From Actinomycetota bacterium (lineage in GTDB: Bacteria > Actinomycetota > UBA4738 > HRBIN12): a stretch of 53,506 nt of DNA. The position numbers were made by a program, and so were the translations under genes. Positions 1 to 10,165 of this stretch are shown here, in pieces; within the stretch, counting starts at the first letter, position 1; every line of letters starts with the position of its first letter. The DNA is taken from the NCBI GenBank assembly GCA_040005555.1, contig JBDTYT010000003.1, positions 1 to 53,506 on the forward strand, written 5' to 3'. A model generated the notes under the pieces. It saw only the letters and a program-made list of their open reading frames with translations, searched no databases and was not told where the DNA came from.

Positions 1-1725
1 CACCGCCGCGTCGCGGTCCATCCCGACGACGTTCGGCATGGGGAACTCCGGCGGCCCGAGCGACACCGTGATCGTCACCGTCTGACCCGGTTGCAGGTCG
101 GTGTTCTTCACGGGGTCCTGCGAGATCACGTCGCCGCGCTGCACCACGGTCGAGAAGTCCTCCTGCCGATCGACGAGGAACCCCGCCGTCGTGAGGAGCG
201 TGGCGGCTTGCTCCTCGGTGAGACCGATGACCTTCGGCACGGGGAGCGGGCTCGGGCCCTTGCTGATGACGACGTCGATGCCGCTGCCTTGCGGGGCTTG
301 CGCGTTCGATCGCACGCTCTGATGGATCACCTGATCGATGGCGAACGAGTTGCTGAAGGACTTCGTGACGTCGCCGAGCTTCAAGTTCGCCGCCTGCAGC
401 GCCGCGTGCACCTGGTCGATCGGCATGCCGAGCAGGTTCGGCACCGGTACCGGGGGGGGGCCGAGCGAGAGCACGAGGGTCACCCTCGAGCCCGTCTTCA
501 CCGAGACGCCTTCAGCGGGTTCCACGCGGAGCACGACGCCCTCATCGATCTTCGTCGAGTAGTCGCCGTCGGCGAGCTTGACGGTGAGCCCCGCGTCCTC
601 GAGCCGTGTCTGGGCCTCGGACGCCGTGAGCCCGACGACGCGCGGCACATCGATGGCGTGGGGGATCAGGTAGGTCCAGGAGCCCCAGGCCGCCGCTCCG
701 ATCGCGATGAGCGCGAAGAAGATCCCGAGCGCCCATCGGCCCTTGCGGCGACGGGTGGTGGTGCCGTCGCGCGAGCGCGGGATCGTGACGGTGGTCGCGC
801 GCTCGAGCCCGGGTGGGGCGGGGATGACCTGGACGTCGGGAACGAGCTCGGCGATCGGACGGGCGGGAGGAAGATCGGCCATCTCGCTTTGCAGGTCTCG
901 GCGCGCCTCGGCCGACGACTCCGGCCGGAGCTCGCGCTCGATCTCGGTCATCGAGGACACCCAGCCGTCCAAGCCGACCGGCACGGCCGGGTTGCGGCCC
1001 GAGGGCGGAGGCACGCGCTCGCGAAGATGCTTGACGGCGATCGCCACCGGGGTCTCGCCGGTGAACGGGATACGGCCGGTGAGCATCTCGTACGCGACGA
1101 TGCCGAGCGAGTACAGGTCGGTCCTCGGATCCGCGGGCTCGCCTTGGAGCTGCTCGGGCGCGAGGTACTGCACGGTGCCGGTCACCATGCCGGCCTGCGT
1201 GATCTGCGCGTCGGCGTACGCGCGCGCGAGCCCGAAATCCGCGACCTTCACGACGCCGTCGCGCGTCAACATGATGTTCTCGGGCTTGATGTCGCGATGC
1301 ACGATGCCTTGGCGATGCGCGTGATCGAGCGCGGACAGGACCGGCAAGAGGACCTCGGCGGCCTGGGCGGGAGCGAGCAGTCCCTCGGCGTTCAGAACCT
1401 CGCGCAGGCTCTGTCCGCGGACGAACTCCATCACCATGAAGTACACGCCGTCGACGGATCCCCAGTCGTGGACGGACACGATGTTCGGGTGACCGAGCCC
1501 CGCAGCCGAACGCGCCTCGCGGCGGAACCGGTCGACGAACCCCGCGTCGCCGGCGAGCGCCGCGTGCAGGACCTTGATCGCGACCTCCCGGTCTAAGACG
1601 GCGTCGTGCGCGCGGAAGACCTCTCCCATCCCGCCCGCGGCGATACGATCGACGACGTGGTACCTGCCGTCGAGGGTCCGCAGCGAGCGAACGGGATCGG
1701 ACCCACCGAGGGGTCGCTGAGACAC
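1..1725 (-). CDS. PASTA-domain Ser/Thr protein kinase (PknL/PknB-like), 3' end outside window
   Basis: Manual translation of the - strand (open to the edge, absent from the ORF track): RYHVVDRIAAGGMGEVF, HRDIKPEN, VKVADFGLARA, GTVQYLAPEQ, DLYSLG, a TM helix (WALGIFFALIAIGAAAWGSW), then repeated PASTA units (VPRVVG, VPNLLG, VPKVIG, MPNVVG). GTG start at 1725 is tentative. Confidence 0.93.
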   Translation of the reverse strand, partial: MSQRPLGGSDPVRSLRTLDGRYHVVDRIAAGGMGEVFRAHDAVLDREVAIKVLHAALAGDAGFVDRFRREARSAAGLGHPNIVSVHDWGSVDGVYFMVMEFVRGQSLREVLNAEGLLAPAQAAEVLLPVLSALDHAHRQGIVHRDIKPENIMLTRDGVVKVADFGLARAYADAQITQAGMVTGTVQYLAPEQLQGEPADPRTDLYSLGIVAYEMLTGRIPFTGETPVAIAVKHLRERVPPPSGRNPAVPVGLDGWVSSMTEIERELRPESSAEARRDLQSEMADLPPARPIAELVPDVQVIPAPPGLERATTVTIPRSRDGTTTRRRKGRWALGIFFALIAIGAAAWGSWTYLIPHAIDVPRVVGLTASEAQTRLEDAGLTVKLADGDYSTKIDEGVVLRVEPAEGVSVKTGSRVTLVLSLGPPPVPVPNLLGMPIDQVHAALQAANLKLGDVTKSFSNSFAIDQVIHQSVRSNAQAPQGSGIDVVISKGPSPLPVPKVIGLTEEQAATLLTTAGFLVDRQEDFSTVVQRGDVISQDPVKNTDLQPGQTVTITVSLGPPEFPMPNVVGMDRDAAV

Positions 1726-1820
1726 CGTGCGTCTGGACGTGTGGTGAACCTCCCGTGTGCGGGCGAACTCCGGGGGCCGGGCGTGCGTCCGGGGACATTC
1801 TAGGCGGAAGGCGGAGCCGG

Positions 1821-2549
1821 ATGGGTCAAGCGGGCGCGGTTCCTGCTTCGGAGCAGGAGTTCGAGGCGGCGTTCGAACGGATCCACGGATCGATCCAGGC
1901 AGGCGAAACGGACCTGTCTCGCCTGGGGTTCTGGCGGTTGCTGAACCAGGTGAAGGCCGACCGCCGGCTCTCCGAGCGGTGGGCCGACGCCGCGGGGGAC
2001 ATCGACCGGAGGGCATTCGAGGCCCGCGTGAAGCTCCGGTTCCCCGTGTGGTTCGGGAACCTCGTGCTGGTGGCCGGGACCGCGTTCGGCGGCGCGGCAG
2101 CGTGGATCGCGCTGCGCGCCTCCGATCGAACCGTCGCGGGCGTCGCCCTCGTCGTGGCGGGAGGCACGTGGGTCGTCTCGCTGCACTGCCTTGCGCATTG
2201 GGTCGTGGGGCGAGCCGTCGGGATCCGATTCACGTCGTACTTCTTCGGGGGGCCCTCGCCTCCGCGGCCCGGGCTCAAGACCGACTACGCCACGTACCTG
2301 CGGGCCGAGCCGGGGGCTCGCGCCTGGATGCACGCGTCGGGTGCGCTCGCCTCCAAGGTGGCGCCGTTCATCGCGCTGGGGTTGTTCCCCGCCTCGAACG
2401 CGCCGGCGTGGGCGGCGTGGGTGCTCCTGGGGATCGGGGTGATCACGATCATCACCGACGTCGCGTTCTCGCGAACGTCGAGCGATTGGAAGAAGGTCAT
2501 CCGCGAGCGGAGGATCGCGCGAACGTGGCGGGACACGCGAGCGGCGTGA
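1821..2549 (+). CDS. Hypothetical multi-pass membrane protein with HCLAH (HExxH-like) motif
   Basis: ATG 1821 after GGAG; several hydrophobic helices; LHCLAHWVVG resembles the M50 zinc-site segment. Confidence 0.7.
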   Translation: MGQAGAVPASEQEFEAAFERIHGSIQAGETDLSRLGFWRLLNQVKADRRLSERWADAAGDIDRRAFEARVKLRFPVWFGNLVLVAGTAFGGAAAWIALRASDRTVAGVALVVAGGTWVVSLHCLAHWVVGRAVGIRFTSYFFGGPSPPRPGLKTDYATYLRAEPGARAWMHASGALASKVAPFIALGLFPASNAPAWAAWVLLGIGVITIITDVAFSRTSSDWKKVIRERRIARTWRDTRAA

Positions 2550-2551
2550 CC

Positions 2552-2612
2552 TATACTCGGGCCCTCGAACACGGGGAGCTCGGGCCACCGGACTGAGCGG
2601 CCGGCTGGGAGG
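2552..2612 (+). promoter_or_regulatory. -10 box (TATACT) followed by the 5' half of a TPP riboswitch-like aptamer (apparently degenerate)
   Basis: TATACT 2552-2557; ACGGGGAGCTCGG-GCCA-CCGGA-CTGAG at 2571-2597 matches the TPP P2/P3/J3-2 pattern; lies directly upstream of thiE; no clear 3' half before the start codon. Confidence 0.45.
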
Positions 2613-2622
2613 CGGCGAGGCA

Positions 2623-3273
2623 GTGCTCGATCCTCGATCTCTCGGTCTGTACGTCCTGACCTCGAGCGGGTACGTTCCGGGGCGCGGGCATCTCGATGTG
2701 GGTCTGGCCGCGATCGAAGGCGGTGCGACCGCGATCCAGCTCCGCGCCCCCTCTCTCGGCGACGCCGATCTGTTGCCCATCGCGACGGAGCTCGCGAACC
2801 GATGCCGCGAGGCACGCGTCCTGTTCCTCGTCAACGATCGTGTCGAGGTCGCGATCGCCTCCGGTGCGGACGGTGCTCACGTGGGTCAGGACGACGACCC
2901 GACCGCCGCGCGCGAGGCGCTCGGTCCCGAGCGGGTCCTCGGCGTCAGTATCCTCGCGCCCGAGGAGGCCGAGACCGCGGCGGCCGCCGGCGCCGACTAC
3001 CTCGGCGTCACGATCTGGGCGACGCCGACGAAACCGGAGGCCGTGCCGGTCGACCTCGACGGTCTGCGCTCGATCGTCCGAGCCACGAGGCTCCCAGTCG
3101 TCGGGATCGGCGGGATCCACATCGGTAACGTGCGTGACGTGCTTGCCGCCGGCGCCGCCGGCGTGGCGGTGGTCTCGGCCGTCGGTGCGGCGCCCGACCC
3201 GGTCGCGGCGACCGCACGGTTCGCGGCGGTGGTCCATGCATTCGACCCATCCGACCACCCTGATGCGCGATGA
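2623..3273 (+). CDS. thiE: Thiamine-phosphate synthase
   Basis: IQLR, VNDRVEVA, GAHVGQDD, LGVS, ATPTK, GIGGI, GVAVVSAV motifs. Confidence 0.93.
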   Translation: MLDPRSLGLYVLTSSGYVPGRGHLDVGLAAIEGGATAIQLRAPSLGDADLLPIATELANRCREARVLFLVNDRVEVAIASGADGAHVGQDDDPTAAREALGPERVLGVSILAPEEAETAAAAGADYLGVTIWATPTKPEAVPVDLDGLRSIVRATRLPVVGIGGIHIGNVRDVLAAGAAGVAVVSAVGAAPDPVAATARFAAVVHAFDPSDHPDAR

Positions 3274-4343
3274 CGGAACAGCGGACCGGCAAAGCGACGG
3301 CCGAGCTGTTCGAACAGGTCATCCTCCGACGGCTCGGCGCCAACGATCCCGACGTGCTCGTCGGTCCCCAACACGGTGTCGACGTGGGCGTCGTGCGGGT
3401 GGCCGAAGGGGTCGCGATGGCGCTCTCGGCCGATCCCGTGTTCATCGTGCCCGCGTTCGGGTGGGAGCGCGCGGCGTGGTTCGCCGTGCACATCCTGGCC
3501 TCGGATGCCGCGACGAGCGGCCTGCCTCTGCGATGGATGGCCGTCGATCTCAACCTGCCTCCGGAGATCACGGACGAGGAACTCACCGCGCTGTGGGATG
3601 CGTTTCACCGCACGTGTGAAGACATCGGCGTGGCCGTCGTGACCGGGCACACCGCTCGGTACGACGGATGCGCCTGGCCGATGGTGGGCGGGGCGGTCTG
3701 CCTCGCCGCGGGGCCCGAGGATCGGTTCGTCACGCCGACGATGGCTCAGCCCGGCGATCGCGTCGTCGTCACGAAAGGAGCCGCCATCGAGGCGACGGCC
3801 CTATTCGCTGCGACCTTCCCGGGGCGGCTCACGCAAGGGGTCGGAGCGGACGTCGTTCGGGCCGCTGACGCGTTGTTCGAGCACATGACGGTCGTGCCCG
3901 AGGCGACCATCGCGAGCACCTTCGGCCTGCGCAGCGAGGGCGTGACCTCGATGCACGACGCGACCGAGGGCGGGGTCATCGGCGGGCTCGCAGAGGTGGC
4001 CGTCGCCTCCGGGACAGGGATGCGGGTCGAACGGGCGGCGATCCCCGTCCGGCCCGAGGTCCGTGCCGTGTGCGATCACGTGGGGATCGACCCGTACGTC
4101 TCGATCTCGGAGGGCACGCTCATCGCGACGGTCGTTCCGGCGCGCGCGGCCCCGTTCGTCGATGCCCTTGCGGCGCATGGGATCGAGGCGGCGATCGTCG
4201 GAGAGGTTACGGATCCAGCACACGGCCGGTTGCTCCTGACCGAGGACGGCGAGCGGCCCCTGGAGCACCCGGGGCTCGATCCGTTCTGGGGAGCGTTCGG
4301 ACGGTGGTCGAGCGAGGCCTCGGGCATCGACGAACGATCGTGA
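3270..4343 (+). CDS. AIR synthase/PurM-HypE-ThiL superfamily protein
   Basis: GVDVGVV, ADP, ILASDAA, VTGHT, MHDATEGG motifs; ATGA overlap with thiE. Confidence 0.85.
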   Translation: MTEQRTGKATAELFEQVILRRLGANDPDVLVGPQHGVDVGVVRVAEGVAMALSADPVFIVPAFGWERAAWFAVHILASDAATSGLPLRWMAVDLNLPPEITDEELTALWDAFHRTCEDIGVAVVTGHTARYDGCAWPMVGGAVCLAAGPEDRFVTPTMAQPGDRVVVTKGAAIEATALFAATFPGRLTQGVGADVVRAADALFEHMTVVPEATIASTFGLRSEGVTSMHDATEGGVIGGLAEVAVASGTGMRVERAAIPVRPEVRAVCDHVGIDPYVSISEGTLIATVVPARAAPFVDALAAHGIEAAIVGEVTDPAHGRLLLTEDGERPLEHPGLDPFWGAFGRWSSEASGIDERS

Positions 4344-4349
4344 AGAAAG

Positions 4350-4940
4350 TTAGGTGGACCTTGAGGCCGGACCCGGAGTGGATCGGGGTCTGCGTGGGGT
4401 CTCCTGGGTGAGGACCTCGTCCGAGAGCATCGCCCACCGTTCGTGGTCGCGCCATCGTCCGCCGATCTTCAGGTAGCGGGGCGACAGCCCTTCGCGCCGG
4501 AACCCGAGCCGCTTCACGAGCGCGATCGATGCCGTGTTCGCGGGCTGGATGTTCGCCTCGACGCGATGCAGACCGAGCGGACCGAACGCGTGGCGGATCA
4601 CGAGGCGGATCCCCTCGGTCATGAGGCCGTGACCTTCGAAGGGTGCGAACACGTAGTAGCCGAGGTACGCGTTGCGGAAGTTGCCGAGGAAGATCTGGTT
4701 GAGGTTCACCACCCCGACGATCGCTCGGTCATCGTTGCGGCACACTAGGAAGCCTGCGTCGTCGGCTCGACGCAGGCGCCGAAGGTACTCGGCGAAGGCG
4801 GCGTCGTCGTTCGGCGGGTGCACCCACGGGCGGTGCAAGCGCTCGCTCGCGGCTACGCGCGCGAGGAACTCCTCGCGATCGCGGGGCCCGGGGTGGCGCA
4901 GGTGGACGAGCTCGCCTCGATCGATCACCCGCGCCGCCAC
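4350..4940 (-). CDS. GNAT N-acetyltransferase, RimJ/RimL family
   Basis: AYLGYY, GHGLMTEG, LHRVEANIQPANTAS, LGFRREG, YLKIGGRWRDHERWA. Confidence 0.92.
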   Translation of the reverse strand: MAARVIDRGELVHLRHPGPRDREEFLARVAASERLHRPWVHPPNDDAAFAEYLRRLRRADDAGFLVCRNDDRAIVGVVNLNQIFLGNFRNAYLGYYVFAPFEGHGLMTEGIRLVIRHAFGPLGLHRVEANIQPANTASIALVKRLGFRREGLSPRYLKIGGRWRDHERWAMLSDEVLTQETPRRPRSTPGPASRST

Positions 4941-4984
4941 GGACGGAACGGTACCCCGTCCGGTCGCGGTAGGGTTGTCGACCC

Positions 4985-5854
4985 ATGGACGTCGTGACGA
5001 TCGGTGACGTGATGATCGACGTGCGCGTCGAGGCCGACGCGCTCGAGGAGGGTGGCGACGTGCACGGTCGCGTGCTCGTCCGTCCTGGTGGCAGCGCTGC
5101 GAACGCGGCCGTGTGGGCGGCGCACACCGGTCGCAGGGCGCGGGTGCACGGCCGGGTCGGGGCCGACGTCTCGGGGGCGCTCGTTCGCGACGAGCTCATG
5201 CAGCGCGGTGTCGAGCCCGCCCTTGCGGTCGATCGGGAATGCGACACGGGCACGCGGCTCGTCGTGCACGAGCCGGGGGAGCGCTCGATGGTGGCGGACC
5301 GCGGCGCGAACAGCAGGCTCTCACCTGATGACCTCCCCGAGCGGATCGAAGCGGCTGCGGTGCTCGTCTCCGGTTATGCATTGCTGCACGAGCCATCGTT
5401 CCCGGCGGCCCAGGCGGCGTTGGAGCGCGCGCACGCGCGGTTCGTCGCCGTCGACGCCGGCTCGTGGTCGCTGTTGCGCGCGTTCGGTGCCGACCGGTTC
5501 TACGACGTCACGAAGCGGGCGACGATGCTCCTGGCGAACGAGCGCGAAGCCGAGGTGCTGAGCGGGCGTCGAGGGAGCGCAGCAACCGACGTCCTCACCC
5601 AGCGATACCCCGTGGTCTGCGTCAAGCTCGGCGAGGCAGGGGCGGTCATGTCGTGGGAGGGTCTCGTGATCCGGTATGCGGGTGAGCCGATCGACGAGAT
5701 GGATCGGACGGGCGCCGGCGACGCGTTCGACGGCGTGCTGCTCGCGGCGCTCGTTGCCGGCACGTCGCCGGGAGACGCCTTGCGGGCCGCGTGCCACGCC
5801 GGCGCTCGCGTGGCGGGGAGCCTCGAGACGTGGCCCGAGCGGGGAGTCGCGTGA
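4985..5854 (+). CDS. PfkB/ribokinase family carbohydrate kinase
   Basis: GGSAANAA, NEREA, VKLGEAGA, DRTGAGDAF signatures. Confidence 0.92.
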   Translation: MDVVTIGDVMIDVRVEADALEEGGDVHGRVLVRPGGSAANAAVWAAHTGRRARVHGRVGADVSGALVRDELMQRGVEPALAVDRECDTGTRLVVHEPGERSMVADRGANSRLSPDDLPERIEAAAVLVSGYALLHEPSFPAAQAALERAHARFVAVDAGSWSLLRAFGADRFYDVTKRATMLLANEREAEVLSGRRGSAATDVLTQRYPVVCVKLGEAGAVMSWEGLVIRYAGEPIDEMDRTGAGDAFDGVLLAALVAGTSPGDALRAACHAGARVAGSLETWPERGVA

Positions 5855-5864
5855 GCCTGACGAC

Positions 5865-6911
5865 CTAGCGGAGCCAGGTCTTCGTGATGGCTTTCGTGAA
5901 ATGCCAGCCGTACCGGAGCGACTTCGGTTTCTTCGAGACACCACCGCGGCGGGTGAGGAACGTGACGGGGACCTCGATCACTCGCGCGTGCTGGCGGAGA
6001 GCCTCGATCGTGACCTCGGACGTCCAGAACTGGTCCTGCTCGAGGATCAACTTGCGGAGCGTCTCCGCCGACGTGGCGCGGTAGCCGCTCGAGATGTCGG
6101 TCACGCGCTGCCCGGTCAGCACGGTGACCACCCACGAGAAGAAGTGGACGCCGAGGTGCCGGACCACGCTCTCGCGCTCGAAGTCGCCGAGCATCCGCGA
6201 GCCGTTCACGTGGTCGGCCGCACCGCCGATGATCGGCCCCACGAGCATGGGCATCTCCTCGGGCTGGTGCTGGCCATCGGCGTCGATCGAGACAACGATG
6301 TCGGCACCGAGGCGCAGCGCGATGTCGTAGCCGACGCGGAGCGCGAGCCCGCCTCCTCGGCGGATCGGAAGCGTGGCGGCGAAGGCGCCGGCGGCTCGAG
6401 CCGCATCCGCCGTGCCATCGTCCGAGCGGTCGTCGATCACGATCGGGATCACCGCGTAGCCCTCGATCTCCCTCGGCATCGCGTCGATCACCGCGCCGAC
6501 GTTCTCGGCCTCGTTGTGCGCCGGAGAGATGACCACGATCTTCTTCCCCGGCGGCAGGTCGGACGCCCCGTCCCAATCGAACGCCGCCTGTCCGAGGGAC
6601 TCGACGAGGAGCCGGATGCTGCGCTCGCTCGTGTCGACCTCGGACTGCATACGGACCAGGAGGAGGAACAAGATCACGACGGCGATCAGCAGCGCGCCGG
6701 TCAGCCGTTGTCCGCTGCCCGGACGGAAGTTCAACGCATCGAAGACGGGGTTGAACCACGACGGGTGGATCGCGAGCAGCACGACGCCCATCGCGATGAG
6801 CCAGGTGATGATGAGGCTGAAGCGGCTGATCTGGCTGCGGCGGTAGCGAAGGTACGCGACGCCGAAGAACACCGCCGCGAACACGCCACCGAGGATGCGA
6901 AGGACGAGCAT
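5865..6911 (-). CDS. GT2 (polyprenol-phosphate glycosyltransferase/DPM1-like) with N-terminal DUF2304-like membrane domain
   Basis: About 110-aa N-terminal hydrophobic domain, then ISPAHNE, IDDRSDDGT, IDADGQHQP, GSR, DISSGYRA, IEVP. Confidence 0.85.
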   Translation of the reverse strand: MLVLRILGGVFAAVFFGVAYLRYRRSQISRFSLIITWLIAMGVVLLAIHPSWFNPVFDALNFRPGSGQRLTGALLIAVVILFLLLVRMQSEVDTSERSIRLLVESLGQAAFDWDGASDLPPGKKIVVISPAHNEAENVGAVIDAMPREIEGYAVIPIVIDDRSDDGTADAARAAGAFAATLPIRRGGGLALRVGYDIALRLGADIVVSIDADGQHQPEEMPMLVGPIIGGAADHVNGSRMLGDFERESVVRHLGVHFFSWVVTVLTGQRVTDISSGYRATSAETLRKLILEQDQFWTSEVTIEALRQHARVIEVPVTFLTRRGGVSKKPKSLRYGWHFTKAITKTWLR

Positions 6912-6965
6912 CGGAAGCCGCAGGATAACAGCGCCTCGAGGCGCGCCGGGCGAACCGCTCGCGTG

Positions 6966-8234
<1,269 letters not shown>

Positions 8235-9488
8235 TCACGCGAGGGCGGCGAGCTCCTCCAGGATGCGGTCGACCTCGGCCGGCGTGTTGTAATGACACAG
8301 CCCTACCCGCACGGCCCCCCCGGTCTCCTGTAACCCCAACCGTTCCATGAGCGCGAGCGCGTAGTAGTGGCCGTCCCACACGAAGATCCCGCGCTCGCCG
8401 AGGGCCCTCGCCGTCTCTAGCGGGTGCTGCTCGCCCGCGCGCACGGCGAACGTCGGCGTGCGCTCGTCCAGGCGGGAGGTGTCGGCGATGCCCCACAGTC
8501 GCAGCGCGGGGATCGCCGAGAGGCCATCGAGGAACCTGGCGGAAAGCGTCCGCTCGTAGACGCGGATGGCTTCCATCCCCGCGAGCACCTCGCCGCGGAG
8601 CGTGGCCTCGTCCGGTTCCCCGAACTCGGCTCCGACCGAGGCGATGTAGCCGACCGCAGCAACCAGTCCAGCGAGGCCCTCGTGGCTCTTCGTGCCCGTC
8701 TCCCATCGATCGGGAACGACGTCCTCGGCAGGGCGGACCTTGTACGGACGCAACCGCTCGAGGAGGTCGCGGCGCGCTGCGAGGATCCCGAGGTGCGGGC
8801 CGAAGAACTTGTACGGCGAGCACGCGAGCACGTCGGCGCCGAGTCCGTGCAGGTCGAGCGCTCGATGCTGCGCGACGTGCACGGCGTCGACGGCCACGAT
8901 GGCGTGCGGTGAGACATCGCGAACCGCTCGGACGAGGTCGGGCGCAGGCGTGACGGTGCCGACGGCGTTCGAGGCGAGGGTGAACGCAGCCACCTTCGTG
9001 CGCTCGGACAGGTTCGCGCGGAACGAGTCGATGTCGAGCGTGGCGTCCTCCTCGCGGATGTCCACGGTGCGAACCGTCGCTCCCGCGTCCTCGGCCGCCA
9101 TCACCCAGGGGGTGATGTTCGCGTCATGATCCAGCGTCGTGACGAGCACCTCATCACCGGGACCGAGCTCTCGCCCTACGGCTCGGGAGAACGCGAACAG
9201 CAACGAGGTCGCGTTCGGACCGAAGACGATCTCGTCGGGGTCGGCGCCGGTGAACGCCGCGCCCGAGCGGCGCGCCTCCGCGATCAGCTCGTCGGTCTCG
9301 ACGCTCGTCACGAACGCGCCGTGGGTGTTCGAGTTGCGCGAGCGCAGGTACCCGACCATCGCGTCGATCACGGTCTCGGGGACCTGCGATCCCCCCGGCG
9401 CGTCGAGGTAGACACACGGGCGGCCGTCGAGCCGGCGTTGCAACGCGGGGAACCGCTCGCGCACGGGGGAGAGGTCGGGTGCCTGCAT
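8235..9488 (-). CDS. Cysteine desulfurase-like PLP protein (class V aminotransferase, VC1184-like subfamily)
   Basis: YLDAPGGSQVP, LDHDANITPW, ASNAVGT, VDAVH, CSPYKFFGPHLG, ETGT, CHYNT; ATG 9488. Confidence 0.92.
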   Translation of the reverse strand: MQAPDLSPVRERFPALQRRLDGRPCVYLDAPGGSQVPETVIDAMVGYLRSRNSNTHGAFVTSVETDELIAEARRSGAAFTGADPDEIVFGPNATSLLFAFSRAVGRELGPGDEVLVTTLDHDANITPWVMAAEDAGATVRTVDIREEDATLDIDSFRANLSERTKVAAFTLASNAVGTVTPAPDLVRAVRDVSPHAIVAVDAVHVAQHRALDLHGLGADVLACSPYKFFGPHLGILAARRDLLERLRPYKVRPAEDVVPDRWETGTKSHEGLAGLVAAVGYIASVGAEFGEPDEATLRGEVLAGMEAIRVYERTLSARFLDGLSAIPALRLWGIADTSRLDERTPTFAVRAGEQHPLETARALGERGIFVWDGHYYALALMERLGLQETGGAVRVGLCHYNTPAEVDRILEELAALA

Positions 9489-9532
9489 CGGTCTAGACTC
9501 GCGGAACCGACAGCCCGCGACAACACGCTCGT

Positions 9533-10153
9533 TCAGCCGGCAGGCGTCGCGGTCTCCCAGCCCGAGGGAAGCTCCGGGACGTTCCACGACGGATCGGGTC
9601 GCCACGACATCCAGTCGCGATCGAACGGCGGGCTGCGCTCCACGATCCGGCGAACGACGGCTTCCCCTTCCGGGGGCAGCTCGGCGGCTCGAGCCGTCGT
9701 GATGTTGCCGCGGCGCACGGCCTCGGCGAGCTCGTCCTCGTCCTTCCAGGACCAGCTCGAGCCATCGAGGGCCACGAGCGCATCGAGCTCCTCGTCCATG
9801 TAGTCGAAGCCGATCTCGGTGCGCCGCAGCGGCTCCTGCAGGTTCACGTACCAGGTGCGCGGAACCCAGGCCTCGTCCCAGAACAGAAGCGCGGCGTGCG
9901 GTGCTCCGGGCCATGCGAACGAGAGGCCCCGGGTGGACTCCCAGACCCGCTCACCGAGCTCCCACTCGGTCCCCGGTATGCGGAGCCATCGACCGTCCGG
10001 TGCTCGCGGGCACATCCACCGCATCGGCGGGGTGATGAACAACATGAGGAGATCCTCGGCATCACGGACGACGGTCGCCGGACGCGCCGTCCAGATCCGG
10101 CCACGCCAGATCTCTCGCAGCGCGATCGAGCGTCCGACCTCGAACCGGGTCAC
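9533..10153 (-). CDS. DUF402-like protein
   Basis: WYVNLQEP, D.ELD, WKDEDEL motifs. Confidence 0.8.
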   Translation of the reverse strand: MTRFEVGRSIALREIWRGRIWTARPATVVRDAEDLLMLFITPPMRWMCPRAPDGRWLRIPGTEWELGERVWESTRGLSFAWPGAPHAALLFWDEAWVPRTWYVNLQEPLRRTEIGFDYMDEELDALVALDGSSWSWKDEDELAEAVRRGNITTARAAELPPEGEAVVRRIVERSPPFDRDWMSWRPDPSWNVPELPSGWETATPAG

Positions 10154-10165
10154 GGCGCGCCCGGG

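Noticed and set aside
452-460. G9 homopolymer as a phase-variation tract
   Set aside because: Encodes the GPPP linker between PASTA domains in an intact frame; no sign of slippage
91-1596. 501-aa + strand ORF and the many other long overlapping ORFs (e.g. 5676..7988, 13829..16075, 45106..47322, 51240..53348)
   Set aside because: Antisense or alternate-frame shadows of genes with clear motifs; expected in high-GC DNA
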